56,502 bases of DNA, from positions 1 through 56,502 of the forward strand of contig CAMNJS010000003.1 of NCBI GenBank assembly GCA_946541645.1. Reading direction: 5' to 3'. Positions 46,771 through 56,502 of this stretch are shown one piece after another. Made by a program: the position numbers and the translations under genes. This DNA is from an uncultured Bacillota bacterium. Lineage in GTDB: Bacteria > Bacillota_I > Bacilli_A > RF39 > UBA660. Under the pieces are notes generated by a model. It worked only from the letters and a program-made list of their open reading frames with translations. It did not search any database and was not told the origin of the DNA. How positions within the stretch are numbered: position 1 is the stretch's first letter; each line of letters opens with the position of its first letter.

Positions 46771-47515
46771 CTTTAGCCTCTTTAATTACTTTATCATAGC
46801 CTTTCTTTTCTACTTCTAAAGCAAGACTACTATCACCACTTTTAACAATCTTTCCACCATTCATTATATGAATAAAATCAGGCTTAATATAATCAAGTAA
46901 TCGCTGATAATGTGTTACTAATAAAACAGCCGGAGCTTTATCTTTGTAATAATTCATAACACTTTCACCGACAATTTTTAAACTGTCAACATCAAGCCCA
47001 GAATCAATTTCATCTAAAAGAACAACACTAGGTTCTAATAAATACATTTGAAGTATTTCATTTTTCTTACGCTCCCCACCGGAAAAGCCATCATTAACCC
47101 CTCTATTTAACATATCTGAATTCATATGTAGCATTTTCGTTAGCTCATCAACTTTTTTAACAAAAGGAAGAAGCTTAAATTTATCCCCATTCTTAGCTCT
47201 CATCGCACTTCTTAAAAAATCAGCATTTGTTACCCCTTCAATCGCAAGAGGCATCTGCATACCTAAAAATATACCAAGATTAGCACGTTCATTAACTGGC
47301 ATATTATTAATTAAAATATCATTAAAATATATTTCCCCATCACTAATCTTATAGTTAGGATCGCCCATGATAACTTTAGTTAAAGTAGACTTCCCAGTCC
47401 CATTAGGACCCATAATCGCATGTATTTCTCCAGATTTAATCTCCAGATTAAAATCTTTTAAAATTATTTTTCCTTCAACTTCTACAGTTAAATTTTGAAT
47501 TTTTAAAGTGTTCAT
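46763..47515 (-). CDS. sufC: Fe-S cluster assembly ATPase SufC
   Basis: MGPNGTGKST, GFSGGERKKNEILQ, DEIDSGLDVD, THYQRLL. Confidence 0.95.
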   Translation of the reverse strand: MNTLKIQNLTVEVEGKIILKDFNLEIKSGEIHAIMGPNGTGKSTLTKVIMGDPNYKISDGEIYFNDILINNMPVNERANLGIFLGMQMPLAIEGVTNADFLRSAMRAKNGDKFKLLPFVKKVDELTKMLHMNSDMLNRGVNDGFSGGERKKNEILQMYLLEPSVVLLDEIDSGLDVDSLKIVGESVMNYYKDKAPAVLLVTHYQRLLDYIKPDFIHIMNGGKIVKSGDSSLALEVEKKGYDKVIKEAKDE

Positions 47516-47679
47516 TCGCATCACCTCTAATATTTTAACACGTTTTAACATATTTTTGAATAAATTATACAAATTTAGATAATAATATAATAGAATATTC
47601 GCAGATATTCACATAAAAATAGAGTAACAATTTACTCTTTTTTTAATTAATGCTATACTAACTATAGGAGATGAATATA

Positions 47680-48042
47680 ATGGATATATTTTGTAAAATT
47701 GTAAATGGTGAAATTCCTTCATATAAATTATATGAAGATGAAACCGTATTAGTCTTTTTAGACGTAAATCCCGACACAAATGGACACACTTTAATTATAC
47801 CTAAAAAACACTATTTAGATTTATATGAAATTGAAAACAACACATTACTTCATATAATGGAAATTGCAAGAAAAATTGGAAAGTTATTAGAAGAAAAACT
47901 ACATTGTAATGGAATTACCCTAATTCAAAATAATGGAAGTGTTCAAGAAGTAAAACACTACCATCTACATTTAAAACCATACTATGAAAATAAACAAGAA
48001 TTACTCCCTGTAGAAGAAGTTTATAATACAATTACTAAATAA
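47680..48042 (+). CDS. HIT-family hydrolase
   Basis: IFCKIVNGEIPS, GHTLIIPK, QEVKHYHLH. Confidence 0.9.
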   Translation: MDIFCKIVNGEIPSYKLYEDETVLVFLDVNPDTNGHTLIIPKKHYLDLYEIENNTLLHIMEIARKIGKLLEEKLHCNGITLIQNNGSVQEVKHYHLHLKPYYENKQELLPVEEVYNTITK

Positions 48043-48136
48043 TCTACTAAAAGTAGATTTTTTAATTTAATTAAACTTTTGACATATTCAAAAAAACTAC
48101 TAAAACATATCATAAACTAGATAAGGGGGAAGTAAA

Positions 48137-48394
48137 ATGTTCAAAAAAAATTTTGGTATGTATCCAGTAAATAACTGCTGCTGCAATGACCCAATTATTG
48201 AACCAGCTATTAATAAATGCATTGAAAAAGAATTTTGTCATGAGGTAAATCATATTTGTCCAGTTCATACTCACGTTATAAATAAGCACATATACAATCA
48301 TACATATACTCCTAGATATACATGTTCAGAAGAAAATCAAATTATAAATAATGATCCTGGATGTTGCGCAAAATTTATGAATAATGGCTTTTAA
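48137..48394 (+). CDS. cotD: CotD-like spore coat protein
   Basis: Cys/His-rich PII.P...EV.HI.PVHT..IN.H.Y.H pattern; CATATCATA -10-like element and AAGGGG RBS upstream. Confidence 0.7.
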   Translation: MFKKNFGMYPVNNCCCNDPIIEPAINKCIEKEFCHEVNHICPVHTHVINKHIYNHTYTPRYTCSEENQIINNDPGCCAKFMNNGF

Positions 48395-48408
48395 AGTCAT
48401 TATTTTTT

Positions 48409-48439
48409 AAAACCTTGAACTTAATAGTTCAAGGTTTTT
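48409..48439. terminator. Bidirectional terminator between cotD and ffh
   Basis: AAAACCTTGAAC/GTTCAAGGTTTT inverted repeat. Confidence 0.8.
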
Positions 48440-48443
48440 AACA

Positions 48444-49751
48444 TCAAAAAGGCATTTTAAAATTACCTTTTTTCATTTGTTTCATCATAACTTTCATCTG
48501 ATCAAACTGTTTAAGAAGTTTATTTACCTCCTCTACAGGCCTGCCACAACCCGCAGCAATTCTTCTTTTTCTACTAGATTTTAAAACATCAGGATTTTTT
48601 CTTTCATAAGGAGTCATCGATAAAATAATCGCCTCAATATGTGCCATCTGTTTGGGATCTATAGTCACATTATTAAGTCCCATCTTTTTAGCTCCAGGTA
48701 TTAATTTAATCAAATTTTCAAGTGGTCCTAACTTCTTTACCTGGTTAAGCTGACTTAAAAAGTCCTCCAAATCAAATTTACCTTTTTGAAGTCTTTGCGC
48801 CGTCTTTAAAGCTTCATCCTCATCAATAACACTTTCAGCTTTTTCAAGCATGCCCATTAAATCACCCATATCAAGTATCCGATTAGCCATTCTCTCTGGA
48901 TAAAAAGGCTCTAACCCATCCATTTTTTCACTAACACCTATGAACTTGATTGGAATATTTGTTAAATGTCTAATAGATAAAGCCGCTCCACCTTTTGTAT
49001 CACCATCAAGCTTAGTTAAAACAGAACCAGTTATTGGTAAAACCTCATCAAAACCAGTAATAACATTAACCGCATCTTGACCCATCATACTATCTAAAAC
49101 AAGTAAAATTTCATTAGGATCCACTTCCTTATTAATATCTTGAAGTTCACCCATAAGTTCTTCATCTATATGAAGTCTTCCAGCAGTATCTATAAGTACA
49201 TAATTATATCCATTTTCTTTAGCATATTCTACCGCATTTTTAGCAATTTCTACAGGATTTTTACTATCCTCAGAATAAACCGCAATATTAAGTTCTTTGC
49301 CAATCTGTTTTAATTGATCAATAGCTGCGGGCCTATAAACATCACAAGCTACCATTAATGGATTTAATCCATATTTTTTTCTAAGTAAAAGAGCAAGCTT
49401 ACCAGTAGTCGTAGTTTTACCACTACCCTGAAGACCAACCATCATTAAAACCGTCATCGGTTTAACTACAGTTAAAGGCTCTGCTTCATTACCAAGTAAA
49501 GACACAAGTTCATCTTTAACAATTTTAACAAAAACTTCACCCGGTTTTAAGCTTTTATTAACTTCCTCACCTAAAGCCTTATCCTTAACATTATTAATAA
49601 ATTCCTTTACAACCTTATAATTAACGTCAGCTTCAAGAAGAGCAAGTCTAATTTCCCTAGTTACTTCGCCAATATTATCCTCAGAAATCCTGCCATAACC
49701 CTTAATTTTATTTAAAGCATTTTGAAGTCTATCGCCTAAATTTTCAAACAT
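48444..49751 (-). CDS. ffh: Signal recognition particle protein
   Basis: ALLEADV, GLQGSGKTT, DTAGRLH, TKLDGD, Met-rich M domain. Confidence 0.97.
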   Translation of the reverse strand: MFENLGDRLQNALNKIKGYGRISEDNIGEVTREIRLALLEADVNYKVVKEFINNVKDKALGEEVNKSLKPGEVFVKIVKDELVSLLGNEAEPLTVVKPMTVLMMVGLQGSGKTTTTGKLALLLRKKYGLNPLMVACDVYRPAAIDQLKQIGKELNIAVYSEDSKNPVEIAKNAVEYAKENGYNYVLIDTAGRLHIDEELMGELQDINKEVDPNEILLVLDSMMGQDAVNVITGFDEVLPITGSVLTKLDGDTKGGAALSIRHLTNIPIKFIGVSEKMDGLEPFYPERMANRILDMGDLMGMLEKAESVIDEDEALKTAQRLQKGKFDLEDFLSQLNQVKKLGPLENLIKLIPGAKKMGLNNVTIDPKQMAHIEAIILSMTPYERKNPDVLKSSRKRRIAAGCGRPVEEVNKLLKQFDQMKVMMKQMKKGNFKMPF

Positions 49752-49809
49752 TTATATCACCCAAATCATTATCATGTAATTAAAATATTACCAACTATTT
49801 AACCCAATG

Positions 49810-50916
49810 TCAACCACAAAGCGTCTTATAACTTTTATCAAAAGCCTTTAAAAAATTATCAATATCTTTTTTAGTTGTTTTTCTAGAGATACTTACTCGC
49901 AAGCTAGAACTAGCCCTAGAAATATCCCCAGTTAACGCTAAAACAGCTTTTGAATAATTTCCAGTCGCACATGCACTTTGCGTTGATATATATACATTTT
50001 CTTCTTCCAAACTATGCATAAAAGTCTCAGGTTTAACACCTAAAACACTAAAATTTAAAATATGATCTATAGAATTATCATTACTATTAATACAAACTTT
50101 TTCATAATTAGATAAAGAATTTTTCAAATACAAATTTAACTCTTTTATTAAATTCAAATCATTATCTATATTTTCATAAGAAAGTCTTAAAGCTTTAGCC
50201 ATACTTACAATTAATGCTGTAGCAGGCGTACCACTACGATAAATGGTTGTACTCTTGCCCCCATGAATAAGCGGTTCTATTTCTATATTTTCTTTCTTAT
50301 AAAGTGCCCCTACACCTTTAAAACCAAAAAATTTATGAGCCGAAAAACTAGCAAAATCAACATCAGATAAATCGAATCTTATTTTTCCAATAGCTTGCGT
50401 TATATCAGAATGAAATAAAATCTTAGGATATTTTTTTAAAACTCTTCCTATTTCCTCTATAGGTTGTCTCATACCAATTTCACTATTAACCATTGAAATA
50501 GTAACCAAACACACATTATCAAGCATCATCTCTAATTTATCAATATCAACAGTCCCATTTTTTAAAGGAACATAATCAACAATAAAACCTTTTTTCTTAA
50601 GATACTCTAAAGGCTCATTTATAGACGAATGCTCAAGTTCTGTAGTAATAATATGATTACCTCTATTTTTATAATTTTCCATCGCCTTAATTACTGTATT
50701 ATTAGCTTCACTAGCTCCAGACGTATATATTATCTCACTAGATTTTACACCAAGTATATTAGAAATTTGTTTTGTAGAAGCATCAATTAAATGCTTAGCC
50801 TCCAAACCCAATTTATGAAGTGAGTTAGGATTCGCAAAATAATCATTTGCTTTAATAAAACTATTCACAACCTCTTCATCAACAGGACTAGTTGCACTAT
50901 AATCTAAATATGTCAT
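49810..50916 (-). CDS. IscS/NifS-type cysteine desulfurase
   Basis: YLDYSATS, ANPNSLH, SAHKF, RSGT, STQSAC. Confidence 0.9.
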   Translation of the reverse strand: MTYLDYSATSPVDEEVVNSFIKANDYFANPNSLHKLGLEAKHLIDASTKQISNILGVKSSEIIYTSGASEANNTVIKAMENYKNRGNHIITTELEHSSINEPLEYLKKKGFIVDYVPLKNGTVDIDKLEMMLDNVCLVTISMVNSEIGMRQPIEEIGRVLKKYPKILFHSDITQAIGKIRFDLSDVDFASFSAHKFFGFKGVGALYKKENIEIEPLIHGGKSTTIYRSGTPATALIVSMAKALRLSYENIDNDLNLIKELNLYLKNSLSNYEKVCINSNDNSIDHILNFSVLGVKPETFMHSLEEENVYISTQSACATGNYSKAVLALTGDISRASSSLRVSISRKTTKKDIDNFLKAFDKSYKTLCG

Positions 50917-50925
50917 AAATACCTC

Positions 50926-52686
50926 CTACTTTTTAGTATCAAATCCACTTCGTTTAAACAGTTTTTCCAAATCATAATTAGAATAAAAAATTGTTGTCGG
51001 TCTACCGTGAGGACAGTTAAATGGATTCTTGCAGCATCTTAAATCTTCAACCAAATCACGCATATCTTCAATAGTTAAATGAGTATTAGCTCTAACCGCA
51101 TGTTTACAACTCATCATTGTCGCCACTTTCTCATTAAATTTTTCTATACTAAATTCCCTTTCTTTAATAATAACATCTATGATGGTTCTAATTGAATCCT
51201 CTAAATTATTAGTGGGAAGCCACGTAGGATGTTCCTTAACAATTATCGAATTTATTCCAAATTCCTCAACTTTAAATTTTAAATCAGTAAATAAATTTAA
51301 ATGCTCTTTCAAAATAATATATTCGTCATTTGAAAGTTCAATTGTAACTGGAAAAAGCAAAGCAGTACTTGCTATATTAGGTTTACCCATCTCCTTTTTA
51401 AACCTTTCATAATTGCATCTTTCTTTAGCCGCATGAAGATCCATTAAATACATACCATTTTCATTTTCAAGAATTATATATGTCCCATGTACAAGCCCAA
51501 CAGGATACATTTCAGGCATAAGTTTATCAGAAACCACATAATCTGCATTATCACTTACTATATCTTCATTTATAATTAATTCATCTAAAGGAAAGGAAAC
51601 CTCCTCAATTACCGATTCCTTCGAATCAAGTTTTATAAATTGTTCAGCATACTTAGGCCTTTCCTTAACCTCCTCTTTTTCAAGGCTAGCCGAAGGGATA
51701 AGTTCTCTATTACTAATCTTACTAACAATCATATCGTTAATAAGTTCAAGCAAAGTGTCCATTTTGCTAAACTTTATATCCATTTTAGTAGGATGAATAT
51801 TTACATCAATAACACTAGGATCAACAGTTATATTAAGTACCGTAACCGGATATCTGTTATCTGGCTTATATGAATGATATGCATCGTTTATAGTTCTATT
51901 AATTTCCAAATTTTTGACAACTCTTCCATTTACGATTGTAACCATATTATTTCTGCTAGATCTATGAACTTCAGGAAGAGAAATATAACCACTTATTTCA
52001 TAATCAGCATTTTCCCCACTTACAGAAATCATCTTTCTAGCAACACTATTTCCATAAATACTTTGAATTACTTTTAAAAGATTAGAAGAACCATCAGTTC
52101 TCAAAATAACACTATCATTATTTTGCAAAAGGAATCTAATGCCCGGATGTGAAAGAGCAAGCTTATTCATATAATCAGTTATATTAGCAAGTTCAGTATA
52201 AAGACTTTTCATATGCTTAAGTCTAGCTGGTGTATTATAAAAAAGCTCACTAACAGTAATTACTGTCCCCTTTCTAGCATCACCCTTTGAAACCTCTAAA
52301 ATTTTGCCGCCATCTATTATAACATGCGTCCCAACATCTTTAACACACGTTTTTAAATCAACCCTACTAACAGCCGCAATAGAAGCAAGTGCCTCTCCTC
52401 TAAAACCTAAAGTATTTAAATTATATAAATCATCTTCAGAGCTAATTTTACTAGTCGCATGCCTTGAAAAAGATAATACAGCATCATCTTTATCCATTCC
52501 CTTACCATTATCAACTACTTTTATCTCACGCGTTCCAGCATCAACAAGCAAAACTTTAATCTCAGAAGCACCGGCATCGATACTATTTTCAACAAGTTCC
52601 TTAACAACTGAAGCACACTTTTCAACAACTTCTCCAGCAGCTATTTTATTTGCTAAAATCTCATCCATAACCTTAATAATAGCCAT
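50926..52686 (-). CDS. mutL: DNA mismatch repair protein MutL
   Basis: IAAGEVVE, DNGKGM, HATSKI, GFRGEAL, DVNIHPTK, DLHAAKER, SCK, CPHGRP. Confidence 0.96.
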   Translation of the reverse strand: MAIIKVMDEILANKIAAGEVVEKCASVVKELVENSIDAGASEIKVLLVDAGTREIKVVDNGKGMDKDDAVLSFSRHATSKISSEDDLYNLNTLGFRGEALASIAAVSRVDLKTCVKDVGTHVIIDGGKILEVSKGDARKGTVITVSELFYNTPARLKHMKSLYTELANITDYMNKLALSHPGIRFLLQNNDSVILRTDGSSNLLKVIQSIYGNSVARKMISVSGENADYEISGYISLPEVHRSSRNNMVTIVNGRVVKNLEINRTINDAYHSYKPDNRYPVTVLNITVDPSVIDVNIHPTKMDIKFSKMDTLLELINDMIVSKISNRELIPSASLEKEEVKERPKYAEQFIKLDSKESVIEEVSFPLDELIINEDIVSDNADYVVSDKLMPEMYPVGLVHGTYIILENENGMYLMDLHAAKERCNYERFKKEMGKPNIASTALLFPVTIELSNDEYIILKEHLNLFTDLKFKVEEFGINSIIVKEHPTWLPTNNLEDSIRTIIDVIIKEREFSIEKFNEKVATMMSCKHAVRANTHLTIEDMRDLVEDLRCCKNPFNCPHGRPTTIFYSNYDLEKLFKRSGFDTKK

Positions 52687-52803
52687 ATCATCACCCAATA
52701 AAATTATACACTATAATGAAAAAGAAAACAAAGCTATATTTATCTCATCTATTTAAAAATAAAATATAGTCAAATTTATAAAAATAGTGTATAATTTAAA
52801 TAT

Positions 52804-52879
52804 GCTGGATTAGCTCAGTTGGTAGAGCAGCTGTCTCGTAATCAGCAGGTCGCAGGTTCGAGTCCTGTTTCCAGCACCA
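52804..52879 (+). tRNA. tRNA-Thr(CGT)
   Basis: GCTGGAT...TTCCAGC-ACCA, anticodon loop CTCGTAA; TAGTCA-17 nt-TATAAT promoter upstream. Confidence 0.9.
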
Positions 52880-53362
52880 GTAAGAAATCTGTTCAAACTT
52901 TATGTTTGAAATTAAAAATAAATAAAAATATCAATTTCTAAAATGAAGTTGATATTTTTATTTATTACAAATTCCGCATCTTAACGATATAATAGCAGAA
53001 GTAAAAGAATATGCAATTCTAATTTTTTTAAACAAAAAATATGTTGCCTGTCAAACAACATATTTTTGTGTGGTAATACTTCTAAAATTATTTACTAAAG
53101 TGACAGCTAAGTAAATAATTTTTTATCAAGAGCCCACTTACGTACGTATACTTAATAGCTTGATATGATAAGAAGAAAAATCATTAAATTAACTATATAA
53201 AATAGTGAATTTAATTTTAAATTTAGCTATATGAAATAGGTAAATTTAAATTTATAAATACGTCTATTTTAAATTACCCAGCTTAAGAATATTATATTCT
53301 TACAGTTTGTAAAATTAAAATAGTTAATGTATTTATTTCTTCCTATCCTATTAAGTAATTTA

Positions 53363-53391
53363 ACTATATCATACATTTTGACAAAATGCAA
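53363..53391 (-). promoter_or_regulatory. Orphan sigA-like promoter facing a non-coding region
   Basis: TTGCAT-17 nt-TATAGT with extended TG. Confidence 0.4.
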
Positions 53392-53482
53392 CATTTTTTT
53401 AAAAAAAATAATTTTTTTTAAACTTTACATATTTGCTTTACGTAAAATCAAAAAACTAGAAATATTTTTTTATTTTGCATTA

Positions 53483-53511
53483 TTGACAAAATAAAAATAT
53501 AAAATTATAAT
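53483..53511 (+). promoter_or_regulatory. sigA promoter of metK
   Basis: Perfect TTGACA-17 nt-TATAAT. Confidence 0.85.
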
Positions 53512-53524
53512 CTAATTAATATAT

Positions 53525-53624
53525 GTTATCAAGAGCGGACGAGAGAATCGGCTTTATGACTCCGCAGCAACCTATTTAAGTTAGGTGCTAAAACCGACAA
53601 AGTCGTAGAACTTTGACTGATAAT
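53525..53624 (+). ncRNA. SAM-I (S-box) riboswitch
   Basis: TTATCAAGAG...GAGAGA.TCGGC..TATGA...CAGCAACC...GGTGCTAAA...GATAA upstream of metK. Confidence 0.92.
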
Positions 53625-53647
53625 TATAATTAAATATATTAATTATT

Positions 53648-53677
53648 AAAGTCTTTGTCTATGCAAAGACTTTTTTT
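53648..53677 (+). terminator. S-box expression-platform terminator
   Basis: AAAGTCTTTG/CAAAGACTTT stem followed by T tract, before the metK RBS. Confidence 0.85.
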
Positions 53678-53711
53678 CTTGAAACATATATAAAGGAAAG
53701 GATTTGATAGA

Positions 53712-54821
53712 ATGAAAAAACTATTCACTTCAGAAAGCGTAACTGAAGGGCATCCAGATAAACTATGTGACTATATATCAGATAGTATTTTGGATGCATA
53801 TCTAGATTTAGATGAAAACTCTAGAGTAGCTTGCGAATGTGCCGCCGGAAAAAACGCAATATTTATAACAGGAGAAATAACATCTAAAGTTAAAATTAAC
53901 ATTGAAAAAATAGCCAGAAAAGCTATAAAAGAAATAGGATACTTGGGGAAAAATGATATTAATTACAAAACATGCAAAATAATAGTAAACATATCAAAAC
54001 AATCGGAAGATATTGCTTTAGCAGCAAATGATAATATAGGAGGAGCCGGCGATCAAGGCATAATGTTTGGATATGCATCAGACGAAACAAAAGAGCTTAT
54101 GCCACTAGGAATAGTATTAGCCCATAATCTTACAAGAAGACTCTCCGAAGTAAGAAAAAATAAAATAATTAAAGGATTAGGACCAGATGGCAAATCTCAA
54201 GTTACAGTTGAATACATAAAAGGATATCCAAAAAGAATAGACACTATCCTAATCTCTACCCAGCACACTCAAAACAAAAAAATAGAAATTTTAAAAAAAG
54301 AAATAACAAAGGAAGTTATTTATAAAGTAATCCCTAAAGACTTAATAGATAAAAACACCAAAGTATTAATTAACCCAACAGGAAGATTTGTAATAGCAGG
54401 CCCTCTAGGAGATAGCGGTCTTACAGGAAGAAAAATAATAGTTGATACATATGGTGGATATGCTAGACATGGAGGTGGCGCTTTTTCTGGAAAAGACGCT
54501 ACTAAAGTAGATAGATCTGGAGCTTATATGGCAAGACACATCGCCAAAAATATTGTTGCAAATAAATATGCCAAAAAATGTGAAATCCAGCTTTCATACG
54601 CCATAGGTATTAAAAATCCAATTTCTATAAATATAAACACCTTCAGCACAAATACTATTGATGAAGAAGAAATTATAAATAAAATAGTTAAAACATTTGA
54701 TTTAACACCTCAAGGCATAATTAAATATTTAGATTTAAAAAAACCAATATATACCAAAACTACTAACTATGGTCACTTTGGAAAGGAAAACCTTCCTTGG
54801 GAAAAAATTATAAAACTATAA
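53712..54821 (+). CDS. metK: S-adenosylmethionine synthetase
   Basis: FTSESVTEGHPDK, GAGDQGIMFGYA, GLTGRKIIVDTYGG, GGGAFSGKD. Confidence 0.97.
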   Translation: MKKLFTSESVTEGHPDKLCDYISDSILDAYLDLDENSRVACECAAGKNAIFITGEITSKVKINIEKIARKAIKEIGYLGKNDINYKTCKIIVNISKQSEDIALAANDNIGGAGDQGIMFGYASDETKELMPLGIVLAHNLTRRLSEVRKNKIIKGLGPDGKSQVTVEYIKGYPKRIDTILISTQHTQNKKIEILKKEITKEVIYKVIPKDLIDKNTKVLINPTGRFVIAGPLGDSGLTGRKIIVDTYGGYARHGGGAFSGKDATKVDRSGAYMARHIAKNIVANKYAKKCEIQLSYAIGIKNPISININTFSTNTIDEEEIINKIVKTFDLTPQGIIKYLDLKKPIYTKTTNYGHFGKENLPWEKIIKL

Positions 54822-54840
54822 AAGGATTAAGAAAAAAAAC

Positions 54841-56250
54841 TTAATCCTTTTTAAAAGAAATATCTTTATTGGAAGGTCCACTTATGCACTTACCATTTTT
54901 ATCAAACCTAGAGCCATGACAAGGACAATCAAAAGTCTTTTCTACCTCATTAAAAATCAAACCACACCCCAGATGAGGGCATTTATGAAAAACCTTATAC
55001 CCATCATAATTCATTATTTTACTGCCATCCTCGTCTTTATAAATCACATCATCATTTTTAACACTAAAACCTTTAACATAACCTTTTATATTCTCATATA
55101 TATCACTAATCATACCTAAACACTTACTAAAATTAATTCTTTTTGGATTAAACAAATTAATATATTCGCTATCCTTACCGCATATCATATCGCTAATTAT
55201 TTTACCTGCTAAAACACCATTTGTAAGACCCCACGTATTATAACCTGTCCCGATAAACAAATTATCTTTAATCTTTCCAATATAAGGAAGCCCATCATTA
55301 GTGATGATATCAATATTACTCCATAAATAATCAGGGTGCAAATTCAAATCATTTAATTTCTTTATAAGTTCTTCAAAATTATTTTTATCGCAAGTATTAT
55401 TACTTAAAGAATCTGAATTACTCAAATATACTAAATAATTTTTATAATTTCGAGCTGATATAAAAGGATTACTATAACTAATTAAAGATACAGGATTATC
55501 CTTATAAACACTCGCACTTAAATAAGATTTTTCTAACCTTCCTTTAATAGGAAATAAAAAAGGCAAATTAAAATAAGGATAATGAGATGCAATAACTACA
55601 TATTTTGCTTTTATTTTATTATTATCAGTATAACACATATAAAAATTGCCATTTTTTTCTATTTTTTTAATACTTGTATTCTCATAAACAGGAAATTTAT
55701 TTTTCAAAAGTAATTCATAAATAAATTTAACAGGATGAAATATATAAGTATCATCTACATAAATCATATATTTACCCTTAATCAAATCCATATTTTTCTT
55801 ATATGTTTTTATTTTATTTCTATGTAAAAAATCTTCTAACTTTTTTATTTTTTTAATTTCACTTTCTTTATTAGTGTAAAGGTAAGCCTTAACTTTTTCT
55901 AAATCACATTCTATCTTTTCTTTTTCAATAATATCTACCACCAGCTTAATTGCATCAATTTGTGATTTCAAATATAAAGATGCTTTTTCATCATTAAAAT
56001 TATTTCTTATCTTATCTATCAAATCATTTTGCAAAAAATTTAATTTTCCTGTAGAATTTCCCGTAACAGCTTGCCCCATCTTATTTTGTTCTACTAACAT
56101 AACCTTTAAATTACTATCTTTCAAATGATATAAAGAGCTTATTCCTGTAATACCACCACCAATAATTAAAACATCACAGTTCATATCTTCCGAAAGTTTA
56201 GGATATTCTTTCTCTTTAATTAAATCTTTCCAAATACTTATATTTTTCAA
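54841..56250 (-). CDS. FAD-dependent oxidoreductase with C-terminal Rieske domain (YhfW-like)
   Basis: IIGGGITG, TGNSTGKL, DGLPYIG, CPHLGC...DCPCHGSRF; TTG start after a GGTGA RBS. Confidence 0.85.
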   Translation of the reverse strand: MKNISIWKDLIKEKEYPKLSEDMNCDVLIIGGGITGISSLYHLKDSNLKVMLVEQNKMGQAVTGNSTGKLNFLQNDLIDKIRNNFNDEKASLYLKSQIDAIKLVVDIIEKEKIECDLEKVKAYLYTNKESEIKKIKKLEDFLHRNKIKTYKKNMDLIKGKYMIYVDDTYIFHPVKFIYELLLKNKFPVYENTSIKKIEKNGNFYMCYTDNNKIKAKYVVIASHYPYFNLPFLFPIKGRLEKSYLSASVYKDNPVSLISYSNPFISARNYKNYLVYLSNSDSLSNNTCDKNNFEELIKKLNDLNLHPDYLWSNIDIITNDGLPYIGKIKDNLFIGTGYNTWGLTNGVLAGKIISDMICGKDSEYINLFNPKRINFSKCLGMISDIYENIKGYVKGFSVKNDDVIYKDEDGSKIMNYDGYKVFHKCPHLGCGLIFNEVEKTFDCPCHGSRFDKNGKCISGPSNKDISFKKD

Positions 56251-56314
56251 ATTATCACCACTATTATTATTCGCAAAATAAAAAAAAATAATCAAAAAAG
56301 AAGATATAAATCTT

Positions 56315-56502
56315 CTATCCCATAACCTGCCCACCATTTACATGAAGAACCTGTCCAGTAACATAGCTTGAATCATCAGAAGCTAAATATACAAACGTTG
56401 GAGCAAGCTCATATGGATTAGCTCCTCTTGCCATAGCTGCATCAGAACCTAATGATGGAATCTTTTCAGCCACCCAGCAAGCCGGTTGAAGTGGCGTCCA
56501 AA
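56315..56502 (-). CDS. SDR oxidoreductase (YhdF/YdaD-like), C-terminal part only
   Basis: Manual translation: WTPLQPA...PYELAPTFVYLASDDSSYVTGQVLHVNGG; truncated by the window end. Confidence 0.85.
   Translation of the reverse strand, partial: WTPLQPACWVAEKIPSLGSDAAMARGANPYELAPTFVYLASDDSSYVTGQVLHVNGGQVMG

Noticed and set aside
56250-56337. N-terminal extension of the YhfW-like ORF (and similar extensions for gatA, cse60, cotE, sufS, sufC)
   Set aside because: The extensions overlap upstream genes or promoters; RBS position and family N-termini support the shorter starts.

Overview
A very AT-rich chromosomal window with most genes on the minus strand and the standard genetic code (TGA is a stop). 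It comes from a low-GC, endospore-forming Bacillota. The gene style suggests an uncultured, genome-reduced Bacilli lineage such as RF39, which is an inference. Housekeeping genes include xfp, gatCAB, asnS, clpC, yqeGH, rpsP, khpA, miaB, rnj, sufCDS, ffh, mutL, and metK with a SAM-I riboswitch. Sporulation genes are scattered through the window (gerM, gerE, an orphan spoIIIAH, cse60, dacF, cotE, cotD, yhfW-like), several with sigE/sigK-like promoters. There is also a D-Asp ligase / Asp racemase / AsnB peptidoglycan cross-bridge cluster, feoAB, a stand-alone HerA-like ATPase and 10 tRNA genes (one truncated by the window edge). The standout is an apparent single minus-strand transcript: sigA promoter -> tRNA-Ile -> tRNA-Glu -> Asn-specific T-box riboswitch (specifier AAC) -> four tandem tRNA-Asn(GUU) genes with G1-C72 -> gatC-gatA-gatB -> a divergent asnS. 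In other words, a T-box sits inside a tRNA operon and gates production of its own ligand tRNA. No prophage, IS element or CRISPR array is supported. All calls are by-eye motif recognition; no database searches were run.
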